The position numbers and the translations under genes are program-made. From a virus, in IMG/VR virus record IMGVR_UViG_3300025120_014381, positions 9,421-73,420 of that record: DNA of 64,000 nucleotides; one strand, given 5' to 3'. Below are positions 38,012 through 45,634 of the stretch, piece after piece (the first letter of the stretch is position 1; each line of letters opens with the position of its first letter). Under the pieces are notes generated by a model that did no database searches, had not been told where the DNA came from, and saw nothing but the letters and a program-made list of their open reading frames with translations.

Positions 38012-38992
38012 TTAGACAGTTACACTTTTGTTGTCTTTTTTATTATACTTTACAATCTTATTAACGTCTTCTATTGTTGTTTCTTCATCAATAAACAACA
38101 TAATGTCAGCGACGTCTGTGTTGTATTCCTCAGCAAAGTACTTATATTCTCTTTTTCCTGATTTAAAATCTTCCAAAGCCTTGCTATTTCTTTTAAGTGC
38201 AGATAATCTTACAGATAATTCTTCAACTCCGAGATTGTCAGGAGGCGTTTCATATAAACCTTGATAGTACATTGCTAGTCTGAGTACTAAATCTTGTTCT
38301 GCGTTACTACTACCAATTCTTTTCGGTTTGTCATAGAAAACAATATACTCAGTAATCTGTCGTTTATTACCTTTTACTAAATCTTTTCTTAACGCACCTT
38401 TTAATTGACTAACATTAAAATTACTTTTAGGACCTTTGCCGCTACTATCAGAAAGAGCTTTGATCGCGCCGTTTTTAATATGACCTACTTCGTGCAGAAG
38501 AAGCGCTAATAATTCTTTTTCGCTAGAGTTTTGGGCATAAAGTTTAAATACAACTATCAAAGGGTTGTTAAGTCTATCATTGTTAATTTTAGATATTACA
38601 TGTGGAGGTAAACCGATATCTTTTGGGACTTTGTCAAAATGCAAAACTTTCCTATCTTCACCTTCTTCATCGCCATAACCGGCATGAAACGCCAATGCCT
38701 TTATCCCTTTAAACTCAATGTCAACTTTATCAGTAATGTGAAGATAAGTTTGATTGATTATTTTGATGACTTCATTAACTGTCGCTCCATCAATATTTTG
38801 ACTTTTTGTATCAGCATTTTTAAGTTCTTCTATTACTTCATTTTTTGCTATTTTAAAAGCTTTGTTTAACTTATCTTCTAGACTAAGCATTTTAGAGCTA
38901 GCATAAAAATCATCTTCTTCGTCACTTAGCCAGTCTTGTTCGTTAATAAAATTTTCTACAATTAATGATATTTGTCTTTTTGTAAGTTTCAT
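38012..38992 (-). CDS. HExxH zinc metallopeptidase-like protein with MKLTKRQISLIVENFINE leader
   Basis: LLHEVGH motif and downstream VEELSVRL; start at 38992 after GAGG. Confidence 0.6.
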   Translation of the reverse strand: MKLTKRQISLIVENFINEQDWLSDEEDDFYASSKMLSLEDKLNKAFKIAKNEVIEELKNADTKSQNIDGATVNEVIKIINQTYLHITDKVDIEFKGIKALAFHAGYGDEEGEDRKVLHFDKVPKDIGLPPHVISKINNDRLNNPLIVVFKLYAQNSSEKELLALLLHEVGHIKNGAIKALSDSSGKGPKSNFNVSQLKGALRKDLVKGNKRQITEYIVFYDKPKRIGSSNAEQDLVLRLAMYYQGLYETPPDNLGVEELSVRLSALKRNSKALEDFKSGKREYKYFAEEYNTDVADIMLFIDEETTIEDVNKIVKYNKKDNKSVTV

Positions 38993-39017
38993 TAGCGCCT
39001 CGTCATATAAATACATA

Positions 39018-39962
39018 TCAACTAATTGCTTTAATTTCAAACAAAACTTTCATTGCTTGATGGTAGCTGCTGAAGTGATATATACTTTCGTGACTTAAAT
39101 CTTCATTATAAGATTTTAAAGGTACTAAACACTTAATTCCGTGTTTGGCGTAATCCTCAGCATGTTTTGGCGCGTCATCTATTGCAAACTTAATTTTACC
39201 TTCGTCATAGTACTTTGATTTTGCGCACCACCTAAACTTTTCAGGTGAGAATGAGATAGCATCACAAGGAATATTTTGTTGGTGTATCCAAAAATATGTA
39301 TCATATAGACATTGCAGTTCTTCTTCAGGGCGTGCTGTTAAAAGATGAATCCAATAGCCTTTATGTTTTAATTGCCACAGAAGTTCTAAGTTATCAGTAT
39401 CTATAGTTAGATTCGCAAACCCTTCGTCGTCAAGAAACATTTTAAATACATACTCAGAATTTAAATTAATTTTTGAGAGTGCTGTGATAAAGTAATACTC
39501 TTTAGAGTCTACATCAGCTCGGACTCCAAATTTTTTATACAGCCAATCAGAAAAGCCAACTCTAAAATTAGCTAACACGTCATCGATATCCACGATAGCG
39601 ACAGGTTGACCTTCCCACTTTTTCTGTTGTAAGCTGTGGTGCTTGTTAAGATAAACATCTTTTTTCTCAAAGGCTTTTTCAAATTCTTTTGATGTAATGC
39701 CCCAAGTGTTTAACGTTGCCATCATGTAACGGATAACGTCGACCGTTTCATATAAAACTGTTGATCTATTTGCTAGGGGTTCAGTGTGTGAATGATGATT
39801 TTTATATTGGGTTGCGTTAACTAGTGCACTTAGTTCTGCATGGGCACACAAAACGTTATCTTGTGTTATCTTTTCTTTTAGTTCTTGGGATAATTGATCA
39901 CTTCTTCCGACAATTTTTTTATTATATTGTAATTGTTGTAATAGCATCTGTTTGAATGTCAA
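39018..39962 (-). CDS. All-alpha NTP-pyrophosphatase (MazG/dUTPase-like) fused to HAD 5'-nucleotidase
   Basis: AELSALV...ETVDVIRY; VDIDDVLANF, LTAR, FAIDDAPKH. Confidence 0.7.
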   Translation of the reverse strand: MTFKQMLLQQLQYNKKIVGRSDQLSQELKEKITQDNVLCAHAELSALVNATQYKNHHSHTEPLANRSTVLYETVDVIRYMMATLNTWGITSKEFEKAFEKKDVYLNKHHSLQQKKWEGQPVAIVDIDDVLANFRVGFSDWLYKKFGVRADVDSKEYYFITALSKINLNSEYVFKMFLDDEGFANLTIDTDNLELLWQLKHKGYWIHLLTARPEEELQCLYDTYFWIHQQNIPCDAISFSPEKFRWCAKSKYYDEGKIKFAIDDAPKHAEDYAKHGIKCLVPLKSYNEDLSHESIYHFSSYHQAMKVLFEIKAIS

Positions 39963-40194
39963 AGGTCACCTCAGTATCAGGTTGTGTTGTTACATGTTTT
40001 TTAAATGTATCTACATAATACTGAAATTCTTTGGAATTTACATTACTAAACAGAAACATTGTGTTGCCTGCATTTATAGAACCTGAAAATGACCCGTGAG
40101 AATCAACTTGTGTCTTAATTTCATCAAAAGACAAGTTTGTTTTTTCTCCGTTAAAAATGACATTTGAATCCATTATTTTCCTCTCAGTAGCCAC
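39922..40194 (-). CDS. Hypothetical protein
   Basis: Operonic ORF. Confidence 0.5.
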   Translation of the reverse strand: MATERKIMDSNVIFNGEKTNLSFDEIKTQVDSHGSFSGSINAGNTMFLFSNVNSKEFQYYVDTFKKHVTTQPDTEVTFDIQTDAITTITI

Positions 40195-40564
40195 TTAAAA
40201 GACGCTGCCTAATCTTAGTATCCTTTTTTAAATATGCATCAAACAATTCTTTTTCATTAAATCCTGTCACTATTAACATTGCAAAGAAATAGTTTAAAGC
40301 ATCTACAACTTCTTCTAGAAACTCTCCACGATCCAACGCTTGTTCAACGTTCGTTACACGATGAGGTTTCCAGTTCTTTAAATGTTGCAATGCTTCAAAC
40401 ATTTCTTCGACGCCCTTTAAAGCAAGGTCGCGGCAGACTTGTTGTGATTCTTTTTCAGCAATGTCAACAGGAAAGTCTGGGTAAGAACCCGGGATTGTTT
40501 CTTTCATCATTTTCATAAAAGAAAGGCGCAATTTAAACATTTCTTCAAGTCTACAGTTTTCCAC
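40184..40564 (-). CDS. All-alpha dimeric dUTPase/dCTPase-like NTP pyrophosphatase
   Basis: VEEMFEAL...NWKPHR...LEEVVDALNYF...AYLKK. Confidence 0.75.
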   Translation of the reverse strand: MENCRLEEMFKLRLSFMKMMKETIPGSYPDFPVDIAEKESQQVCRDLALKGVEEMFEALQHLKNWKPHRVTNVEQALDRGEFLEEVVDALNYFFAMLIVTGFNEKELFDAYLKKDTKIRQRLLSGY

Positions 40565-40566
40565 GA

Positions 40567-40791
40567 TTACTCTCCTTCTGTTTTTAACTCAGAAGCTTCT
40601 TGTAACATTTTTTCAATGTTCTGCTCTTGACTTTTTTCGTATTCTTCGTTCAAGAATAGCTCGCCTTCATCTAGCGCTAATCTTACCATTCTAAAGTGGT
40701 CAACAATGTCTGTCCCAGTTAAAAGACCTAGTTGTAGAATTTTGACAAAGTGTGCAATAACACTATCATTTAATTTAACGTTGTTGTTCAT
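40567..40791 (-). CDS. Hypothetical conserved protein
   Basis: LGLLTGTDIVDHFR; GGAG RBS. Confidence 0.6.
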   Translation of the reverse strand: MNNNVKLNDSVIAHFVKILQLGLLTGTDIVDHFRMVRLALDEGELFLNEEYEKSQEQNIEKMLQEASELKTEGE

Positions 40792-40799
40792 ATTCTCTC

Positions 40800-41606
40800 C
40801 TATTTTTGAACAGCCGGCACCCAGTGTGTAGTTCGTTTATCAAGCGTTTGTTCTTTGATAATTTCATTACCACAAGGTGAGGTTTTTTGATTATACACAG
40901 CGAAACGCTGACTGTACAAACCTTTTTTGCCGTTAGGCTTTCTATAGTTTTGTATTGTTGCACCTCCTGTACTATACGACAGTTGTATTATTCGTCTACA
41001 TGCATAGAATAGTTTGTTAGACTCATCAGTTGTGATATGTGCACACAATCGGTGTGGTGATATCTTTGCGTCATAAAGACATTCTGCTTTAAGGTAGTTT
41101 CCGATACCGCTTACATTTTTTTGATTCATTAAAAATTCTGCAATTGTTTTGTTAGGCTTCTTTTTTAAAAGAATATAAAATGTATCAGGACCCCACGCAT
41201 CTTTAAGAAAGTCTGGCCCTATTGACTTGAGCTTTTTAGCTAAGTCTTTTTTATTAAGTGCTATTTTAAAAGTACCAAAATTTCTCATATCATTATAATA
41301 CAAGGATAGTGATTCGTCTTCAAACTCTAGTTTGAGCCTAGAGTGGTTTGTTGTATTGTTCGACCACATTCCTGTCATTCCCAGTGTATTAAAGAAGTAT
41401 ACGTCGTCTTTGAATGAAAAGTATATAAACTTCCCCTTACATTCGACATGTTCCAGCAACAAGGGGAATCGCCAACTTGGGTTATTGACGTTATCAATTG
41501 GTTTCTTAGTATATCTTCCAGATAACACTGTCAGTCTTTTAAGTACTTTTCCTTCATATGATTTTAAAAAGTCTACTGTTGTTTTTACTTCGGGTCCTTC
41601 AGGCAT
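40800..41606 (-). CDS. Fpg/Nei family DNA glycosylase/AP lyase with zincless finger
   Basis: MPEGPEV start, KGKFIY, LGMTG, DMRNFG, LMNQKNVSGIGNYLKAE, RTTHWVP. Confidence 0.92.
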   Translation of the reverse strand: MPEGPEVKTTVDFLKSYEGKVLKRLTVLSGRYTKKPIDNVNNPSWRFPLLLEHVECKGKFIYFSFKDDVYFFNTLGMTGMWSNNTTNHSRLKLEFEDESLSLYYNDMRNFGTFKIALNKKDLAKKLKSIGPDFLKDAWGPDTFYILLKKKPNKTIAEFLMNQKNVSGIGNYLKAECLYDAKISPHRLCAHITTDESNKLFYACRRIIQLSYSTGGATIQNYRKPNGKKGLYSQRFAVYNQKTSPCGNEIIKEQTLDKRTTHWVPAVQK

Positions 41607-42027
41607 GTGTTTCCTCCAGCCAAGATTTATAATTTTTAAGTGCACTATCTGTTGGAATGACTTCTCGCCATTCTCCCTTAACAAAGATTCGATACGCGTC
41701 TGACCCATATTTTCCAATACCATACAATTTAGTTGGGTCATCTTTCCAGTCTTTTTCGAGGTAATCAATTGACATCTGTTTTAAAGCGCGGGTACGTCTG
41801 TCTACCAAACCCAAAGGTTGTATTAAAGACTTTAAAGCATGCTCATCTAACTTTGATGCATCTTCAGGTGTAGGCCAATTTTTTAAAAAATCCCAGAAAT
41901 ATGGTTCAGATGAGCGCCGCTTTGTTAAATTACAAAATATGCAGCAAACAAAGATCCTCCACGGATCTTTGTTTAATTCTTCTTGTAAAAGTGCATAAGG
42001 TGACATGTGTATCTTCTTTTTTATCAT
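41599..42027 (-). CDS. MBD4-like HhH-GPD mismatch DNA glycosylase
   Basis: LLQEEL..DPWRIFVCCIFCNLT, WPTPE, LYGIGKYGSDAYRIF, PTD.AL..Y..W. Confidence 0.85.
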   Translation of the reverse strand: MIKKKIHMSPYALLQEELNKDPWRIFVCCIFCNLTKRRSSEPYFWDFLKNWPTPEDASKLDEHALKSLIQPLGLVDRRTRALKQMSIDYLEKDWKDDPTKLYGIGKYGSDAYRIFVKGEWREVIPTDSALKNYKSWLEETHA

Positions 42028-42060
42028 GTTTTATTATTTTTTATCATGTTTTATTATTTT
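42021..42060. repeat. Perfect 20-bp tandem duplication at the start of the MBD4-like gene
   Basis: ttatcatgttttattatttt x2. Confidence 0.9.
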
Positions 42061-42101
42061 TTACTACATACATATAATACAGATATGTTTAGGAGTTTTA
42101 C

Positions 42102-43010
42102 ATGAAAATAACGAAAAAGCAGCTAATTAACATTATTAATGCTTCTTTACGAGAGTCCAAGATTGCTCAAGGTATACTTGATAAAGGCGTTGATCAGATT
42201 CCCTCAGGTGCATCTGGAGGTAATGAATTGGAAGGTGCTATTTCAAAATTTCAGGAAGTCGTTGATACTTTATCAGAAGCCGGTGCAATTGCTAAAACTA
42301 GCTTTACTGTGGCAGACCTAGGAGCCTTAGGAACAAATTCTTCCATGCGAAGAATTATACTGACAATTGCTAGAAACGCCACGCCTATAGTGAGTATACT
42401 TAAAAGCCCACTATTTACTGCGCTGACTATGGGGGCGCAGACTGTTAGTGTAGTGCTAGGTGCCTATGCACTATTACCAATTGCGATTTCAAAAACACTA
42501 GAAAATATGGGGACGGTAGAAGGTGCTGTGGATCGTCAGCTTAAGCTTAAGCGTAGCAGTGATGAACTTCCGAAAGATTATGCACTGGAAATTACTGATT
42601 TTGCTAAAAGTTTTGAGGATCGTTCTTATTTAAAGCGCGTGGGCGGCATGGACGGTCGCGATGATGTATTGCGTGTTCTCGCAATGGACATTTTAAGCGA
42701 AAAAGGCAAAAACATTTCTAATAGAATGTTGCAAAAAGGAAAAATATCAAAAAAGTTTCATGGCGAAGTCTTAAAAGTTCGTAATAAGCTAAAAGCAGAG
42801 ACACAACCCACACTAAATGATTATCATGCGCGACTAAAAGAATTAAAAAACGCACCCGATCAAGCAGATATTAAAAACAAAGCAATTGCAATAAATGCTG
42901 TTTGTAGTGTTTTTAGCTTATTAGGCTTCGAAGTTGAATTGGGTCCTGTTAGTATTTCTGCAGACACTATTGTTGATAAATTAGCAGGTGTTGTTAACGT
43001 TGAAGTTTAA
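42102..43010 (+). CDS. Hypothetical protein with MKITKKQLINIINASLRE leader and hydrophobic helices
   Basis: AGGAG RBS; leader motif; LFTALTMGAQTVSVVLGAYALLPIAI segment. Confidence 0.6.
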   Translation: MKITKKQLINIINASLRESKIAQGILDKGVDQIPSGASGGNELEGAISKFQEVVDTLSEAGAIAKTSFTVADLGALGTNSSMRRIILTIARNATPIVSILKSPLFTALTMGAQTVSVVLGAYALLPIAISKTLENMGTVEGAVDRQLKLKRSSDELPKDYALEITDFAKSFEDRSYLKRVGGMDGRDDVLRVLAMDILSEKGKNISNRMLQKGKISKKFHGEVLKVRNKLKAETQPTLNDYHARLKELKNAPDQADIKNKAIAINAVCSVFSLLGFEVELGPVSISADTIVDKLAGVVNVEV

Positions 43011-43012
43011 TA

Positions 43013-43738
43013 TTACTTTTTTTTAAAAAACTTTTTAGGTCTAGTACCTACTTTTCGCTTACTATATTTTCTTCTTGCCACTTCAGAAACTTTTTGTTCT
43101 GTAAAGTCAAAACCATAGTGTATTAGTATCTTTTTTAATTCAGCATCTCTCTGTTTTTTAGGAACATGAAACCACTGCCAGCCTATTAGATTTTTCGTAT
43201 CTTTTACTCTGTTTTTCTTCATGGTGCAAGCGGGAGTTATCTCTTCACTGATCACGCTTTCCGGTATAGATATATTTAAATCAAAAGCAACCATTATTAG
43301 ATCACCGTATAACTCACTATTGTAAGCATTTTGTGTAATTCTATACTGTTCTGTCAGTTGATCCTTTAAGTGCTTTGAGCGTATTTCCGATGTTTTATCT
43401 GGGTGTGTCACCATTACAATCTGTCGATAAATTTTTTTTGCCCAAGGTTTTACATCAGCTGAAACCTTAGAAGCACTCTGCGTTAATTCTTGTTTACCAG
43501 GTTTACTGATTGCTGTATTTGTTTCACTATTTTTTGGTAAGTGGCCCATAAAAATTTTATCATACAGCGCTTGTTGTCCTTGTGAAATATTTTGTCCCGC
43601 AAGTTTATTACGAAAAAAGGAAAGTCGGTAATTTAAGTCAGCTGAACCTACATCATACTCTTTTTTAACTTGTAATTCTTCTTCAAAAACAAACTTGTAT
43701 TCTAATATTTTAACTCTGTCTGCGCTGTTTAATTTCAT
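43013..43738 (-). CDS. J-domain-like co-chaperone
   Basis: AKKIYRQIVMVTHPDKT...YRITQNAY. Confidence 0.65.
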   Translation of the reverse strand: MKLNSADRVKILEYKFVFEEELQVKKEYDVGSADLNYRLSFFRNKLAGQNISQGQQALYDKIFMGHLPKNSETNTAISKPGKQELTQSASKVSADVKPWAKKIYRQIVMVTHPDKTSEIRSKHLKDQLTEQYRITQNAYNSELYGDLIMVAFDLNISIPESVISEEITPACTMKKNRVKDTKNLIGWQWFHVPKKQRDAELKKILIHYGFDFTEQKVSEVARRKYSKRKVGTRPKKFFKKK

Positions 43739-43934
43739 TGTATATTTCTTTGATTAGTAACACCGGCCAGACAATCACTAATCGCATGTCAGAATTAATT
43801 TTATTTTTTCTTTCATTAGCTTTTTTTCTGAGCTTTACATCGCTTGACATTAAATTTATTACTTTAAGTTCTCTATGAAAAATATAAAAAATCACAACAG
43901 TCATAGTAACATAATATAAGAGAAAAAACATCAC
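43710..43934 (-). CDS. Small membrane protein
   Basis: Hydrophobic N-terminus, IVWPVLL. Confidence 0.5.
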   Translation of the reverse strand: MMFFLLYYVTMTVVIFYIFHRELKVINLMSSDVKLRKKANERKNKINSDMRLVIVWPVLLIKEIYNEIKQRRQS

Positions 43935-44419
43935 TTATTACCTTTCGAGAGTCGCTTAATGATATTGTATATTTCCTTATCAGTTATTGCCTTTCGAGAT
44001 TCTTTGACTACATTTCTTCGAGACTTATTTGTAATTCCTACTTTTCCTGATTTACTCTTCTTTTTAACCTCTACAAGAGAAGCTGTGGTCTTCGTACGAG
44101 GTTTTGCTTTTACAGTAACTGCTTCGGCTGTTACCTTGAGCCTTTTATCAAATAAACCTTGTAACTTAAGAGGTTCAAAAAATCGATCATCTACAACAAC
44201 TTCTAAAGTCATATCGTAGATTCCTTCCTTTAAAACATGATCAAGTGGTGGTAACGTTACTGTTACTTCATCACCAGTGCTTTCTCCTTCAAAAGCAAGT
44301 GACATGTTTTTTGATTCTAACATTAATCTACATTTTGCTTCGCCAGGTCGAGTACCTTCAATTTGAACCTGGAAAGTTAATTCGTTTTCCTCATCAATCA
44401 TTAAATCAATTTTTGACAT
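43931..44419 (-). CDS. Conserved hypothetical phage protein (Ig-like)
   Basis: ENELTFQVQIEG...LEVVVDDRFFEP. Confidence 0.55.
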   Translation of the reverse strand: MSKIDLMIDEENELTFQVQIEGTRPGEAKCRLMLESKNMSLAFEGESTGDEVTVTLPPLDHVLKEGIYDMTLEVVVDDRFFEPLKLQGLFDKRLKVTAEAVTVKAKPRTKTTASLVEVKKKSKSGKVGITNKSRRNVVKESRKAITDKEIYNIIKRLSKGNK

Positions 44420-44759
44420 TTTTACTCCTTACTTCTTTTACTATGACTTTAATATCAGGTTGATGCACAGCAAGACGTGTGGGCCTGGCTTCAATCCTAG
44501 GTGTTGGTTTGTCAACAAAAGTCGATCTTACAGTATTAATTATCGGTTTGACGAGGTCTTTTCCATTAATAGAAACCAAAGCAATAGAAACTTTTAATTC
44601 ATCTAAAAAATCGCCAAATTCTTGTTTGGCGCGGCGGCCTCTTCTTACTAAACCTCTGGTAACTTGCGCAACAATAGCTGCTGGAATTAAGCCGCGTGCT
44701 ATTAAGTTAGTAGGTGTTGCACCTGGGCCAAAGCCACGAGTTACAATAAAGCCCGGCAT
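44406..44759 (-). CDS. Hypothetical protein
   Basis: IVTRGFG...LIARGL...VTRGL repeats. Confidence 0.55.
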   Translation of the reverse strand: MPGFIVTRGFGPGATPTNLIARGLIPAAIVAQVTRGLVRRGRRAKQEFGDFLDELKVSIALVSINGKDLVKPIINTVRSTFVDKPTPRIEARPTRLAVHQPDIKVIVKEVRSKNVKN

Positions 44760-45190
44760 TAAATACTACCTGTACCAATCAATCGTCTTTCAAATAATTC
44801 TGTTATCGATGAGTCTCCATTCCGATCAAGTAATTCATAGCGAGCTATTTCTGTTGTATTATCATCTTGAAAAAATACCATTTGTTTTGTGTCTTCATCT
44901 ACTTGCCATCTACCGGTGTGTATATATCTAGATATTTTTTGATCGATCTTAACTTCTTCAGTGGCATAAACGCTTGTATTACCATTTACTGACCAGACAA
45001 TCGAACCACTAAATTGTGTAGATAAATCAAGCTGGACACCGTACAATCCAGTATTTGTACCTAACTCATACACACCGGTGTTTCTAACAGAAAGTGCACT
45101 TGAACCGAGTGTGTCAAATAGCTGGTATCTTATACTTCCTGATATGCCACCTAAACTTTTACCTAAATTAGCTGTCTGTAGTACTTTCAA
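44759..45190 (-). CDS. Hypothetical virion-associated protein
   Basis: ISGS/FSGS/TGS motifs, GRW. Confidence 0.5.
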   Translation of the reverse strand: MKVLQTANLGKSLGGISGSIRYQLFDTLGSSALSVRNTGVYELGTNTGLYGVQLDLSTQFSGSIVWSVNGNTSVYATEEVKIDQKISRYIHTGRWQVDEDTKQMVFFQDDNTTEIARYELLDRNGDSSITELFERRLIGTGSI

Positions 45191-45557
45191 ATTCTTCTCT
45201 TGTCTCTAATTTTTTGTGGTCTAGACCCAGGGATTCTTTTGTTTTCGCTTCTGATTCTTTCGTTGGCTTTTCTAAGTCGTTTCCCATTTCTATTTTTCTC
45301 TTAATTTCTTCTATTTGCTCAATCAAAGATAGACGAACAGAATTTTCCGTGCTTTGTGTTAAAACAAAATCTCTAATGTTGTATAACGCATTAATTAAGT
45401 ATCTTACTTTTTCTTCATCGTTGTCAAAATTTTTACTAACAACCTCCTTAAGTGATGCATCAACAAAAACTTTTAACTGTGTTAGCTGATGTAAAGTTTG
45501 TTGCGTCAAAGCCGGTTTTATTAAATCAATATACTGTTGTTCCATTTTCTCCTCCAA
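45168..45557 (-). CDS. Hypothetical protein
   Basis: ORF with GGAGG RBS, true start probably 45545. Confidence 0.5.
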   Translation of the reverse strand: MEEKMEQQYIDLIKPALTQQTLHQLTQLKVFVDASLKEVVSKNFDNDEEKVRYLINALYNIRDFVLTQSTENSVRLSLIEQIEEIKRKIEMGNDLEKPTKESEAKTKESLGLDHKKLETREEFESTTDS

Positions 45558-45569
45558 AATAAGTATAAC

Positions 45570-45609
45570 ATTATAAAATAAAAAGGAAGAGCAGTAAACT
45601 GCTCTTCCT
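45570..45609 (-). terminator. Intrinsic terminator with overlapping promoter TTTACT-N17-TATAAT
   Basis: AGGAAGAGCAG-TTTA-CTGCTCTTCCT-TTTT. Confidence 0.7.
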
Positions 45610-45634
45610 CAATAAGTGTATAATTAATAAGCTA

